A stretch of 64,000 bases of DNA from Camelus ferus (taxonomy: Eukaryota), in the NCBI RefSeq assembly GCF_009834535.1, contig NC_045697.1:117616001-117680000 (forward strand). Direction: 5' to 3'. The position numbers were made by a program, and so were the translations under genes. Under the pieces are notes generated by a model. The model worked only from the letters and a program-made list of their open reading frames with translations. It was not told the DNA's origin and ran no database searches. Positions 11,975 through 26,445 of the stretch are shown here, in pieces. Each line of letters starts with the position of its first letter. Position 1 is the stretch's first letter.

Positions 11975-13530
11975 CCTATTCCCACCCAGCTATTTCTCCA
12001 TCCTCCTTTCCTCTTCACAGTTAATGATCTCCAAGGAGTTGCATTCTGACTCTAGCTCTTCCTCACCTGTTCTTTCTGGAAGTCACTCCCACCAGGCTTT
12101 CCTCTGCTCCTTACTCCGGGGACCTGTCCTTGTCCTGGACACCAGTGCCTCTCCAGGCTGTTGGGTCCAATGGGAATTTTCAGCCTACAGGTAGTTGGCT
12201 GATCACTCTCCTCACCTGGAAACACTTCCTCCACTTGGTAGAATCCCAGGAGACCACAGCACCCTGGTCGTTCTGTCCCTCAGTTCCCCAACTTCAGCCC
12301 TGAGACTCCTCTGTCTCCACTCCAGGATTACTGCATTAAATACCATCTATTCCTGACAAAGCTGAGTTCTGACCTCCAATCCGACTTCTCCGGGACACCC
12401 CAGACTTGAACATCCAACTGCCATCCGACATCCTCAGACACTGCAAAGTCAGTGTGTCCGGAACCGAGCTCCTGGCCTTCCACCTCCTCAAAGCTACCTG
12501 ACCCGCAGCTCTTCTCGCCTCAGGCACTGGGAATTCCATCTTGCCAGTCTCTCTCAGCCCGAAACACCTTGAAGTCATCTTGGATTCTACTTCTTAAATC
12601 CCACACACAACACATCTTCACCTCTCTTCATCTCTACTGTATCCACCATCTAAGATTGATGAGCACATCCACCACCACCCCCGGCCCGGACCACATTGAT
12701 GTCGGGTCTCTTCACCGTTTCCCCAGCTTCCACCTGTGCCCCTTTCAGTCTGTTCTAAACAAAGCAGTAAAGATAACCAGTTAAAATTTAAACCAGCTAT
12801 TCAATATCTTGTAGTCACCTATAATGAAAAAGAACATGAAAAGGAATGTATGTATGTCTATGTAGGACTGAGACATGATGCTGTGCACCAGAAATTGACA
12901 CAACATTGCAAATCGACAATACTTCAATTTAAAAAATACGATGCAAAGGCAAAAAACATTAAAGTCAGTTAATGCTCAGAAGCCCTCGGGGGCTTCACGT
13001 GTCACTCGGAATAAAAGCCAAAGCCACCAGAGTTCCTCGGGGAATGCCGCTCGGCCCACCCCTCACCTTGTTGTTTTTCTGTCCTTGTCTCTGAATCTCC
13101 CTTTGTCTTACTCTGTTCCAGCCACACTGCACTGCCTGGTGCTCCCCAAAGTCCCCAGGCAGCTTCTGCCTCGAGAATGCTGCCCTGATGGTCGTGGCCC
13201 AGGACCCCCCTTTCCCCGAGACCCACAGTGATGCATTTCTTCACCTCCTCCACGTCTCCATCCAGGATCACTTCCTCCTGGCGACTCCTGGCCAGCAGGC
13301 TGCTGCCCTCAACTTTCATCCCTGTATCACCATCTTATATATTACATGTTGCACTTCTTTGGTGTCTGTTTCTTCCCAAGAAAGGATAAACTTGTTGAGG
13401 CTGAGTTTTTGTCTTTTTTAAATCTATTTTGTTAGCTATTCATGAGCTATTTACTCTTTAAGGTAGCCCCATCTTTTCACATGGTACTAGCGCGCAGTCA
13501 GCGCACAATAAATATTTCTTGAATGGATCA
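11975..13530 (+). mobile_element. Ancient L2 remnant, interrupted by a young L1 fragment
   Basis: C/T-rich L2-like body ending in the L2 tail caataaatatttcttgaatgga. Confidence 0.65.
12797..12936 (+). mobile_element. L1 3' UTR fragment nested in L2
   Basis: ctattcaatatcttgtagtcacctataatg...atacttcaatttaaaaaa. Confidence 0.85.
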
Positions 13531-15080
13531 AAATGGGTAGAGATGCTGTGCACACTGTAAAGTCATCTGTAAGTGAGGCAGAGTATTAGCTCCTGAGTGT
13601 GCCACGTGGGCTGTGCACCCATTTTTTCAGTCCTCCAGAAAGCCCCCAGGGACTTTCCCACCCCTGTCGGCATGTCCTCAGAGTATGTTCACAGGGACGG
13701 GATCTGTCGCCCAGGTGGGCACAGCCAGCAGGCACAGAGCTGGAATTCAAACCCGGGTTGACTCTAGAGACTGACTTTTGACCACCAAGCACCTCTCCAT
13801 TGGCAAGTCTGCGTGGTGCTGAGTGGCAGCTCAGGGACTTCACATCCCAAGTCCTGCAACAGAAGAGGATTTACAGACACTGTCCTTCAAGAAGATGCCA
13901 GGGGCTGGGATGTCTCCAAAGCACCCTGAGAGGCCTCTAACTTTAATTTATGTCACTACCAGGGAGTAAGATATTCCTAATAAACACAATTTAACAATTT
14001 GAGGGAAATGCATGATATTTTTGACAAGCGTAAGTGAGAACTTAAATCTACTTTTGAGAGTGTTTCATTCTCAGTATAATTACTACATAGTTAATTCTCA
14101 TTCCCTGAGGGATTAATTTATCAACTGTAATTATCTTCATCACAGATACCTAACCCTTAGGATGAAATTACCCCCATTTTTTGCTTATTAAGATATAGAT
14201 TCGATCTTTGTGGGTTTTTATTAATAAACCGCCAACATTCTTATTCAGATAAAACTGTCACTGTCACTGGATTTTTCCTTGCTTCCTGCTCTTTAAAATC
14301 TGTATTTCATTTAATTCCTCCAGTAAGTCAGGAGGGAGATTTGCACAAGGCCTTTTGATAATAGAAAAATAAATAAAAAATAAAATTCTGCAACTAACCA
14401 GACACCGAGAGGTCAGACATTTCACAGTCTGACCCATGTAAGTTCCAGGTGATATTCACAGAACAGACACACACACACACAAATGAATGACAAGTTTTCA
14501 GACACTCCAAGCAATCAAAGTTTGTTGTTACAATGTCCTTATTTTGAAGTTTACTCACTTTACCCATAAGAAAGGCTCCTGATTCTTTCCCTAACCAAAG
14601 ACTATTTAACCTCTATCCGCACACAATTGTTAAGTCTGGCTAATGGTGTTTTTATGTCACAGAATCTTAAAAATAACAAACTGGAGAGCACAGATAACCA
14701 GCCCCTACTCCCTCCAGCCTCTCCTCACTGGTAGAGCACACAATAACTGATGTTTAGGAAAATGGTGCTAAGTCATTTTTCAAAAGATAAATTGTGCTAC
14801 ATATTCCCTGGTGACGAGTATGAGAGCGTATATAATACTACTGAGAAAGATTTCTATCCGAACAGCCATTTGTCCTTAAGCACGGCACTGATGGGGATTT
14901 CAGACTTCAGTTATCTGCAAAAATCACTTACTACTAATTATTTCCTGAGAATCAAAGTAGGATGCAAGAGCTGCTCAAAATCCCCCAAGGACAAAGAAAG
15001 AAAAAAACTTAAGTTTCATTACAGAATACACAAATATGGAGAGGGTCTAGTTCAATGGCAAGTGCTGAAGGAAGTCTGCG

Positions 15081-15217
15081 AAAGAAAAAAAGAGAGAGGG
15101 AGGAAGGAAGGGAGGGAGGAAGGAAGGGAGGGAGGAAGAAAGGAAGGAGGGAAGAAAGGAAGAAGGAAGGAAGGAAGGCAAGAAGAAGAAAAAGAGAAGA
15201 AGAAAAAGAAAAGAAAT

Positions 15218-15260
<43 letters not shown>

Positions 15261-15270
15261 GAAAGAAAAG
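15081..15270. repeat. Compound (GGAA/GGGA/GAA/GAAA)n polypurine microsatellite
   Basis: ~190 nt of almost pure purine on +, starting ~95 nt downstream of the exon 8 donor. Confidence 0.95.
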
Positions 15271-15335
15271 GGTTGCCATCAATTCCAAACTCACTGTCTG
15301 GAAATGACTGAGTCTGTGTCAAAGCTGCGCGGTCA

Positions 15336-15698
<363 letters not shown>

Positions 15699-18600
15699 TC
15701 ATCACGACACTGAGAAATGGCCATCACCTGCTGCTCTGAGATGTCCTGTCATGGGTCTTAGGTCTTAGTGCAGAGAATCTGCAGTGGACTTAAACTTCAT
15801 ACCCACAGCGACTCTCAGAGCAAATGACCTACAGGAGCAGTGTCCCAGGTCCCAATGGCCTGGGAGCAGTAAAGTCAAGCAGAGCATGTCTTAAAGGAAA
15901 CACGCCTGGACTAGTGGTTGTCAGTACAATTTCCAGCCACGTGGACCACTTCTTATCTGGAATGGCTGGCCACCTACAGTAACTCATCTGCATCTTTACG
16001 CCTGAAAAATTAACAGTATTGGAGGTAAACACGAACAAAAATAAGAAGTGAGTGTTCCCTGTCTCTTCAGATAAAAGTTTACCAAGGGCAAATCATCTGA
16101 CAAGCCCCCACTCCAGGACCCCGAATGTCCTCTCATTCAGGGAAAGGGCTTCACCTCCAAAAACAGAGACTTACGGCAGACCCTGGTTTACAGCATAATT
16201 CTAGAGCTGCCTGACATCAGCTAGTCCCCCAGATTAATCACAAATTACACGCAGCCTCATCAGAGCCTTTGTTGGCTGCAGAAAGAAAATAAAGGACACA
16301 AATGTTCTCCCAACCCTGGAATAGAAGAGATGTTTCGAGGTGTTTGAGCCGATTTTTTAAATGTTTGATTTTGATAAGAATGCCATTTACCATTCAACAA
16401 GAGGAAAGTTATGCATGCATACCAGAAAGTTAAAATATCTCCAGTTGTGTTCAGCGTAAACCATACATAACTATTTTAAAATACTGAAACAAATAAATGA
16501 AGGAACAGTGCGTAAACAAAATAATCATGGGGGGAAAGGACAATATTACTTTTTACTATACTTTAGTTTAAAAAGTAGTATTTATCTATTTTTCCTAATT
16601 GGGAAGAATTCTTTACTTCTGTTTACTTCTGATGCTAGAATAATCTTCATTATTTATGCATTAATAATATCTAAAGCAGTACTTGCACACAATGAGGTCT
16701 TAATAAATGTTGAAAAAGCAGCTATTTCTGTCTCTTTATCAGATCACTTAGATATCTATCCTTTTTCCAACGAATTATAATCATCAATACCTCTCAGAGA
16801 TTAGAAAGATATTATGCCTAAAATGTAACAAAAATAGAGTTCAATTGAACTGAAGTAAATTCTAATTATGTCAAATGTTTCCATTTTGTATCAAAACACA
16901 AGCAAGGCAGAGCATTTGTCTTTTTTAAATTTTGATTTCATTACTAGGCAGTTCCCTCCAATCATGCTCAGCTTTTAAAAAGCTATAAAAGGCAAAATGA
17001 TGAAACGCTCCCGGTCCCTTTTCAGCGCCCCTCCTCTCAGCTTAACTTCCTGTCTGGAAAAACAAGAACATATGCTTCTAACTAACAACCATGGGCAAAA
17101 TGTCCAAAATCGAATCTTTCATAAGCCCATTACTGCCATGAAGGAGGCTGAAGGTGTTCCTACGAGCGGTGAGGTACCTGGCTATGTAAGAGCATCACTT
17201 GCGCAGGTAAATTTTACGTTCACTCAGCGCATGCCGAACAGGGAAGGGCTCACAGGACTTACTGTGCATTTGGGGGCCTAAGTCGTCATAAATATGACAA
17301 CAGTTTGCTATGAAGCTGCTCACTTTAATGCAGATTTTGACACCCCATCCCCCCAGGCTTAAATGACAGCTTGGGTACCAAGAGTCCTTCATCCAAACCA
17401 CATTTCTAAGTCCCTTCCCCAAGGCATCTGCAGGGGAACTTGCAAGACTTGGATGCATTTGGCAGTAAAAATACATGCTTGGATATCACCGCGATCTGCT
17501 CCGTAAACTTTTATGAGAAACATTTCTTGATCCTTTTTGATCCCTTCCTGGTACTGTTACATTTATGAGAGGCAGGTGGGCCGCTAATTGATACGAATGT
17601 TCATCGGCAAATTCAATTTACTTTCTATTTCCTGCGGGGGTGGATTTGATCGCTATTCACTCAGGCTTCCAATTTAAGTATTTCTCCCATACTTGTTTAC
17701 CCATATAGTTCTCCACCTGTGTAGTTATTGTAATTACAAAAAACATAATTCTTAATAAACTTCAAGCCAAAGCATTATTTCTGATAATTTTGTCCAAATT
17801 AAAGAAAATACTGGGCCATCATTTTATATGTCACTCTCTGTATCTTTTCCACTAGTCTACATTGTGGAGCAGTCCATATATTTTGAATGTTTTATTCTCC
17901 TAAATACATTTCTAAGTACTATCCAAACATTAAAATGTTTTGCTGGTATCTCTTTCATGATTCATATAAATGCGGATAAAGTGTGTTTACTGAAACACAG
18001 TGTCAATTACTATTACGTTAGCCGTGAGTTTTTTGTTGCTGTTATTTTCTGTAGCTAATGAGGTATCAGTGACTTATTTATGATAACTCAAAAAATACCA
18101 TAAAAAATCTATGAAAGATTTACTTATCATAAATCTTGGGCAATTTCCCAAATATTCTCTACCACAGCACACCTTTTTTTCTTCTTTCTTTTTTTTTCAC
18201 AGCACACTTTCTTAATTCCTTCTTTGAACTAAATTACATTAATATTTATATTATATATATTATGTTTACTTTATTTGCTTACTATGTTTGGATCTATAAA
18301 AGAGCAGAGATTTGTCCTTTATTCACTACTGAGTCTCCTGATGGAGACTTTTAAGCACAAGGCTTAAAGGTGAAGAAATTAACACCTACGCCCCCTATGC
18401 CCCAGATTTCCAATGCTATTATGTAATTTTAAGTTATATAAAGTGAGAAATAAAATGACTAGTTTTATTGTCATCTCTAGATGAAGTCTAAAACTTCAGT
18501 AAAGGCTATTTCAAATTTCTCAAAACAATTTAGAGACTCTTCGTTTTGAAATGGTAAGTGTATAGACTGATGTGGGAACTGACGTTTCCAAGCGTGACAG

Positions 18601-20222
18601 GCCTGGACACAGGCAGGGAGGACACGTCAGACTCACGGTCCCAGCACAGCGCTTATGTAACAGCACACCGTGGGCAAGTGTCCGCCTGATGGGTGATCCA
18701 GAGAGAGCAAACGTACTGATTCCAGAGGACGCTTGTGAGGATTAAACCGTAGGGTTCCTGCAAAGCACTTAAAACAAGGCCTGAGAGAGAGCAGGAACTC
18801 AAACAGCCCTCTATTAAATAGATTTCTATATCGCAACCCCCGCAAAAAACTCTTGGCTTTCAAGTTTGTTTTTTTCATTACTAGGTGAGTTGCAAGAATT
18901 ATCAAGAAGACCACTTCCATATCTAACGGTCAAGGTGGCGGTGACTTCTTCACTGAGCACTTTGATGGTCGAAGGCTTAAGAGCTCTCAGTCTGTCCTTT
19001 TAAAACCGTGGTGGTTCTTTCAGCACTTATACTTGATAATTTCTCTCTTGCCCTAAAATAGTTCAAGTCCTATAAGAGAAGGGACGACTTATACATAAAT
19101 GTTAAATAATCTGTTCATTTATTTGAAAGTTAGTGACAGCAGACGCCAAGACTAACTTCATCGCCAAGTTGGCCTGTGCCACGTTCATTACAAGGCAAAT
19201 GTGCAACTGTTCACTCTACCTTTGGTTCTAATGTTAACAGGAATGTTTTAAATCACATTTTGTCCTCAGTGATGTCAAGATGGCAGCGTCTTAGTTCAAA
19301 CACCTGACCTCTAAATTTTCCAGTTATCCCAGACATTTTTATCTTTGCAAAGTCATCATAAATGTTGCAATAAATTTCACCTTTAACTGTTATATCTATT
19401 CCTGAATATCTTGGTCATGATTTACTTCCAGATACAGAATTAAAACTGAGTGGTGATTTACAAGTTAGGCTGATTATTAGTGTGAATGCAATGATCAAAA
19501 TTCAGTCCATCACCTCTTGATTTATATTGCTAAGGGAGACAGCACTATACGTGATTATCTAAGGCCCTCAAGAACCTATGGCTACCAGGGGAGACTCACT
19601 AATCATATAATGAAAGTACTGATTAGTGAGTATTGTATTTTCATTTCTGCAAAGCTTGATGTAATTTAATGAAGGAGGTTACTCTGTGGAACTTCCCTAA
19701 CCCAGGCCAAGATTATCATACAGGAAATATTTACTGATGTCCAATTATTTCACAGGCTTATTGCTTCCTGCACAACATAAAGATGAATGCATTAAAAAAT
19801 TAAAAATATGTGTCAATAAATATCAAAAAAACTGCCCAAAAAACAGCAGGCAAATATATGGCTTACATCGTTTATATCCATAATGTTTGGCCTTAATGTG
19901 AATCTTGCCAGAGTAGAATTTCTTGACAATATCTAAGAAGACCACTGCTGGAAAGTTCATGTTACAAAAAAAAACAAAACAAACAAACAAAAAAACCTGA
20001 AAACCTCTTGTTATCCAGAATTGCATAAGAAAAGCAAAACTATCTAGGAATAAAAAAATTAACTTTAGTGAATGTAGTTTTATAAAAACTTTAAATATAT
20101 GAAAGTAAAGATAGCGCATTTATAAAAACTGAACTTATTTTTTAACTAGTGTTGTCTCTTTTGTCCTTAGCAAATGTTAACTTTGAAACAGGACTTGGTC
20201 TTGTTCAAAGACTCTTACTTAC

Positions 20223-20363
20223 CAGTGCCTTTATAGTATTTTGTACAGTTACCATATTCAATATCCTCCTTTTTAATATCAAATTGAGGCAAGGCGATTT
20301 TCTCCAACTGAACAGGGTCCCCTGACTGCCAGATAAATCGTAAATCATCAGTTGTGTAACCAA
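20223..20363 (-). CDS. GLRB: GLRB exon 7 (141 bp): [47 protein letters not shown]
   Basis: Acceptor ctgtttctag|TT and donor CTG|gtaagt. Loop B/C residues and an N-C-T sequon. Confidence 0.98.
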
Positions 20364-21952
20364 CTAGAAACAGAAATGCATAAATAAAATATTAGTTTGA
20401 CATACAATTATTAACACTTCTTTAATATTTCAATAATCCAAATGTTAAACCTTGAAATGGCAAAATAATCGGCCCTTTTATATGAAACTTTTCTTAAAAA
20501 GTCAAGAGGTAAAAAAATCTATGGTCACGAATGAAACTATTAGCACAAAAGTTACACATAATCGGCTTAAAGAAAGGACAAGCTAAAATAATTGGGTTAG
20601 TGCACACGGTTAAAATCTGAGCGTGTCATAAACGGTAGCACATTTTTCAATGTCAGATTTCTGAATCGTCATCAATAAACAAGTAACAAATAAATGATCC
20701 TAGCTTTCTGAATGGATACATTTACAATCATGCAACATGCTACGCAGAGATTTTTAAAGAAACTTAAGCACCAGAACACTTGGTGTTTTGAAGGATTAAC
20801 TACCAACTTCCCTAAAGGAGTTGCACTGCTGGAGGAAAGCCATAAAACAAACCCCTCCGAGGGACAGGATTCCATCCCGGCAGCCTCCCGGGGCCACACC
20901 GGGGGCGGAGGGACCCGGCTACTCCTCAAGGATCCCATGGGATTCACGGCACATTGCAACCTACCCTTCAACCCTAACATGCCTGCATTTTTTGAAGCAA
21001 TACTTCAGTGTATCTAGTAATAGAACTGAATGTAGATACACATTTGGAATTATTTATACAAACACAGATTGACACACAGGCGTGTGTCTATAACACGTGT
21101 ACAAACATGTACACACATAACACTTAAGTCTTCAAAATCTCATATGTTCCAGTTAGAAAGCAATAAATATTGTTCAAATTCAGGATCCAACTTCAGTAAA
21201 TTAAAAAACAACAACAAATAACCACTAAGTTACTTGAAAGCATCATTTAGCAGGCACATGCAGGACATTTACAGGGCCATTCTTTGTAGAAAAAGGTCAT
21301 GGTATGCAGGTATTCAGGCTTAAGATTCTTTGCATTAATTAATTGTTAATTAACTGTTGTTAATTTTTCAAGCTTTATTGCCTCCTTTTAATGTGATAAG
21401 CTTCATAGAAAATTAACTAATATATTTTAGAGATAATCATTTCAATAAATACCTCTAGTACATCTTTTAGAAATTGAAAAATACATGATCATAGAAATAC
21501 AGAAAATCCAAAATCCAATTCTGTAAAACATAATTTTTTTAACAGATCCATAGACAATGAATGCTTGGTGGGATTTAGATAATATTTTGCAATGTTTTCC
21601 AAATTTTCCGCTGCTCTGAAAAATGTGGTTTTAACATTAGTAAAGTTATTAGGACATCATTGCCCCCTTTGCCTTGCCTATATGACTAACTCAGATGAAG
21701 ATGGCTACTGAAGTCAGTCAGACATGCGCACCCACAGCCGCAACAACTCAGCGGAAATAAAAACCTAGTACCAGAAGGACATGTCTATCTCGGCACAAAT
21801 AACAGAGCTAAAGAATAACCGTAATTCCCTGAAATAAATCAGTGCCTATTTGTAATCAGAAGCATTCATTTTACCATTGTTATCTAAGATATGAGTAGCA
21901 TGTATGGCCTAGAAACTTTAAGCACTTTTATTCCTACAGTCATTTACGGTCA

Positions 21953-22078
<126 letters not shown>

Positions 22079-22151
22079 CTAAGGCATTCCTCTGTGACAT
22101 GCTAATTTTCAAAGGCAAAGATAAATCTACACGTATTAAAGATAAAAGTAC

Positions 22152-22381
22152 CTCATGCTGACAAGGACATCTCCATCCCGAAAAATAAAGAGGAGGATGT
22201 TTTCCTGGGTTACATCATGAAAATTGGCACTTTTTTCATTTGCAAAAAATAAATCGGGTTTCCACAGACACTTGTACATTGTGGGATCCACTGTCAGTGC
22301 GTCTGAGCCCCGAAAATCACTAGGGAGCTTCAGCCTGGGGTCATTCCATTTCTGTCTCAGGAAGATGTTAACTCTGTAATC
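22152..22381 (-). CDS. GLRB: GLRB exon 5 (230 bp): [17 protein letters not shown]...[12 protein letters not shown]...DVLVSM
   Basis: Branch-like ctaat followed by ttctttccccccag|GAT; donor GAG|gtactt. Carries the Cys-loop receptor WxDPRL and WKPDLFF motifs. Confidence 0.98.
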
Positions 22382-23845
22382 CTGGGGGGAAAGAAATTAG
22401 GTGCGCATGCGTGTGTTGATTGCTACTTTTAAGACTGTGCTCAGCACCCATGAAAACGGCTCACTGATCAGCAGCACAAATAGGGCTGCTCTTCCAACAT
22501 CAACCAGGATTACAACAGCGCGGTCACTAACGCTAAAAAGACCCCTGTGTCTGTCTAATTACCCTCTCAGACATTCCCCGAGCACTTGCCAGTTCAAACG
22601 TCAGAATATAATTTTACTGATAATTGCTCTTCTGTAATACAAATACCAGTTATACCAGCTGCCCTAAAAAGCACACAAACTACTAAATATTACCATTATT
22701 CTCCAAAATGTGGAATGAATTTTAGTTAAAAATAGTTAAGAAGCTGAAAGAAAATATTTCACTTGTCTTTTACTAAGTAGCAGAATACAAAATAATTTAT
22801 ATGTATATAAAACTATATATATATAACACATATATTATACATACACTTAAGAAAGAAAAAATAAAACTACCCTTGACCACTCAGATATGTCAGTGATCAT
22901 AGAGAGGTTGTCAAACAAGATTGAGATTACGCAAATCAGATGAGACTACATGCAAAATTTGTACCTATTACGTTAGATTCAACATAGTAGGAAGACGTTT
23001 TGAAATCCACTAAGTCGCTGATTTTTTTTTTTTTGGCCTATCTCCAAAGTCCTAATTTTAAAACTTTGTAAAAGTTGAGTTCTATGAAGACATATAGATT
23101 TTAAGAATATGTGAGCCTAGGAACATGTTTAACCTCACTACAGCTTGGCTTTCCCACTGAAATGGGGTTCCGGGGCACACTGGGTCATTGGCATGTGTAG
23201 TCCAACTCCTGCATTGTGGTCTTACGTTCGGGTGTTTTGATTTTAATTTTATATACTGAACTCAGAATATGCACCAGAGTGTTCAAGGCATAAATTACCT
23301 TGGGTTTCAGCAACCTTATTTTCAACCATTCCAAATTCACAAAATACTATTTATCCATAGCCTGTTGACATGATCAAAATGAATCAGACCATAGATATCA
23401 AATCAAAATCCAAACAATTAAATATGAAGAGGTGATAGACTATCTTTTATTAAATAATAAGACCTAATCTATTTATAGGAAACAAACGCATACTCTTTAT
23501 ATAGGCATCAAATATAAAATGAAGCATTAGCAATAGGCAGTGACCCTCAAAAACATCTGAGAAATTTACTCTTTCAGATTCTATCTAGTAACCAGAGAAG
23601 GGTGAAGCACAGAATCATTAACAAACATTTACTGAACTACAGACAGGGAAAAAAGACTTAATCCACCCACATCTTACAGCTAAACTTGATGTTTATAAAA
23701 ACATCGACACCTAATATAAAGTGATTATTAAAACTCACATGCAGGTGGTTTTGAAGTGCCAAAGTCAAACCAATTAAGGATGCTCTAAGCTGGCACTGAA
23801 CACATCTGTACCACCGGCAGAGGAGAACGAAGGTAACATTTTCCA

Positions 23846-23975
23846 GGGTTCATAGCTCAGGAGTAGAGCACACACTTAGCATGCACAAGGTCCTGACTTC
23901 AATCCCCAGTACCTCCATTAAAAAAATAAATAAATAAACCTAATTACCTACCCCTCCCCCAATAATTATTTTAAA
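23846..23975 (+). mobile_element. tRNA-derived SINE (Vic-1-like)
   Basis: tagctcaggagtagagc...cttagcatgcacaaggtcctgacttcaatccccagtacctcc followed by a (TAAA)n tail. Confidence 0.85.
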
Positions 23976-25788
23976 AATTTTATAATGGGACTTAAGTGGT
24001 CACGTCACCTCTGACTGTGACTGCGGCAACTACAGAAATCAGCTCAAAATGTGTCCCGGCAAAGGCCTGTCTACCTCACAGGGTCAGCCTTCCAGCAGCC
24101 ACAACGCTGCTTCCCGACCAAAGTGTTTTTCATTCCACAAAAACATGCATTGCCTTCCACTTAAGAAGAAATACGCAGTAGGACCATTTTCTAATAAAAT
24201 TCCAATTATGCTAGCTTAGCTAAAGCACGCAGTTGATGTCCACTTGGCATTGCATTCAACCGTATTCAGTTTCAAATTATTATTTGCTAAAAAGCCTCCT
24301 TGTACGCACCAGCCAAATGACTGGTATTCTAAAACGATATACATTAAAGGCAATTTTATTACCTCCTATAACTACTGTATCTTATCAAGGTAAGTCATCA
24401 AAGACTAAAACTTAAAATCACAGTGTTTACCATATGCATTCACAGTTATTATGACAAAATCCTACGTCCTTAACTTGTAATTAAAGTCAGTATAAAAAAC
24501 AACCATGAGGTGGCCAAGGTATCTTTTATAAGCTTGTTATTAAAGCCATGGTCTCTTAACTTTGGTCAGGGACCACTGCAGGCAGATACTAAAGAGGATT
24601 TTTTTCCCTCTTTATGCCATTTTATTTGTTTATCTATATATTACTGATGACAGTGCTCTCCTGACGCCCGTCTGTGCTTCCTGTTGCTGGGGAGGACCCC
24701 TTCATGTCTGTCATCATGCTTCTTCTGTCTGGCAGCCCGAGAGCTGAAAGCTACGTCCTGCAGCCAGTGGGCTCAGTGCACCTCTCACCTCCTGGTATGA
24801 CTCTCAAGGCTACGGCTCAGGTATGCCTGCTAGTTAATTACTACACTGTAATTTGTCATTATCGTCTACCACAAATCCCCTCCAGAAACAGGGATGGGTC
24901 ACAAAGAAACAAAATAACAGAGGAGACATTGCCGTATACTTGACAAGAGTCTTTCAGTGGTCTCTAGGTGTGCACAGAAGCAACTCTGCCAGCGTGGCTT
25001 CTAAAAGCAGGATGCTCTGTTTTAGCTTAATATTAGGTTTTCTTCCCTTAATAGAATGCTAGATTTATGTATAGAAATATAATATTAAAGTCTCATTGGT
25101 ATTCTTTATCTAGACCCCAAATGACTACATTTTGCTTCTTAGCAATCAACTTCTAAAGACATTATACCAATATTTTATAATACTAGTCAAGATAGCTAAC
25201 AGGAATTAAAGCAATGTTAATCTTTAACTGCAGCATATTTTGCAGAATTAAAAAAAGAAGCCATCTTGTAATGCTTGGGGTGGAACTTTAGAAATTAAGC
25301 CAGCGTTATATTGAATTCCCTTAAAATCCCCACACATACTGAATTCCCCTTAAAATCTCCACAGATGCCTACATTCTTTTGGGAGCACGATTCTATGCCC
25401 CACCTATTTCCAAAATGGTATGGTTAATGCATCTTAAATTATACAGCAACATTACTTTTCTTTTAAAATTTTTAAAGCAATTTTAATAATGTTTTATCAG
25501 ATGAAGTTCATTTTTCTAAATCCTTCTTGACTTGGAAATCCTATTTTTCAAAATCCTTTCTGATTTCTAAAGGCTTCTAATCAATGTTTCCACACAATCC
25601 AAGAATACATTTATGTCATTTATCAGTTATTAAGTTCAAAGTTCATTTTAATCAGCTGAAAGCTGATTAAAGCCCTACACAGCATCAGAGACTTTGACAA
25701 AATAAAACCCGTCTGGGGGGAAAAAAACTACAAAATTACAAATGATATAAGAACATTTTAATTTATAGTCAAACCCCTTTTTATTCTA

Positions 25789-26197
25789 TGTATCTGAAAC
25801 AGGCTGGCACCTGGGACCCTTTGCTACAGACAAACATATGCTTGAGCAACAGAAAACAAAGAAACTCTAAGGGGCTAAAAATAACTGCACACATGCACAG
25901 TTGCAGCAAATTATGAATAAGATACAAAAAGGCCACAAACCAGTGACCACTTCTGAGGTTCAGGGAGCAATGGAAGGGTAATGGGCATGATCCCTGCACA
26001 CAGACCACAACGGGGGTGGGCAGGCTACCCAAGCCACCCCTCCAGCTCCATCCCTGGACCCACCCGCACCCTCACCACATTTAAAGGACCAGCTTGCACT
26101 CCCCACAGGGGTCCCAGTAAAGCCTGGCCTGAATTCCTTGTCTGGCCTCTTACCTATTTCTATTGATTAAAGAGCCCAAGGACCTGAGTCAGTAACA
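25789..26197 (+). mobile_element. Probable solo LTR
   Basis: TG...CA ends, a TATA-like tttaaa, agtaaa/attaaa signals and an LTR-like end cagtaaca. Family not recognised. Confidence 0.45.
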
Positions 26198-26261
26198 CAC
26201 CACCATATACAACTTTTAAAAATTTATGTTAATTAAAGTATAAAGCCTAGTATAATGGAGT

Positions 26262-26445
26262 CAGCACGCACTTGGGCATAGAAAGGTCCTGGTTCAAACC
26301 TCAGCTCTGCATCTTAGAAGACCCTGAGCAAGTTTCTTAACTTCCCTAAACTCAGTTTCTAAATAAAAAAAAAAAAAGGAATACTAATATCTTAATGTGA
26401 TAAATAAGTTACTCAGTGTAAACGATTAATATAGTACTTGGTATA
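26262..26445 (+). mobile_element. MIR SINE
   Basis: ggttcaaacctcagctctgc...gagcaagtttcttaacttccctaaactcagtttc core. Other MIR-like remnants lie near 6950-7130, 13600-13790, 26840-26990, 44030-44115 and 52330-52540. Confidence 0.7.

Noticed and set aside
14750..15322. 185-aa Lys/Arg/Glu-rich ORF and the Phe/Leu/Ser-rich reverse ORFs
   Set aside because: Translations of the GA microsatellite.
22440..22460. REST/NRSE-like tcagcacc
   Set aside because: Only the left half-site matches; the GGACAG half is absent.
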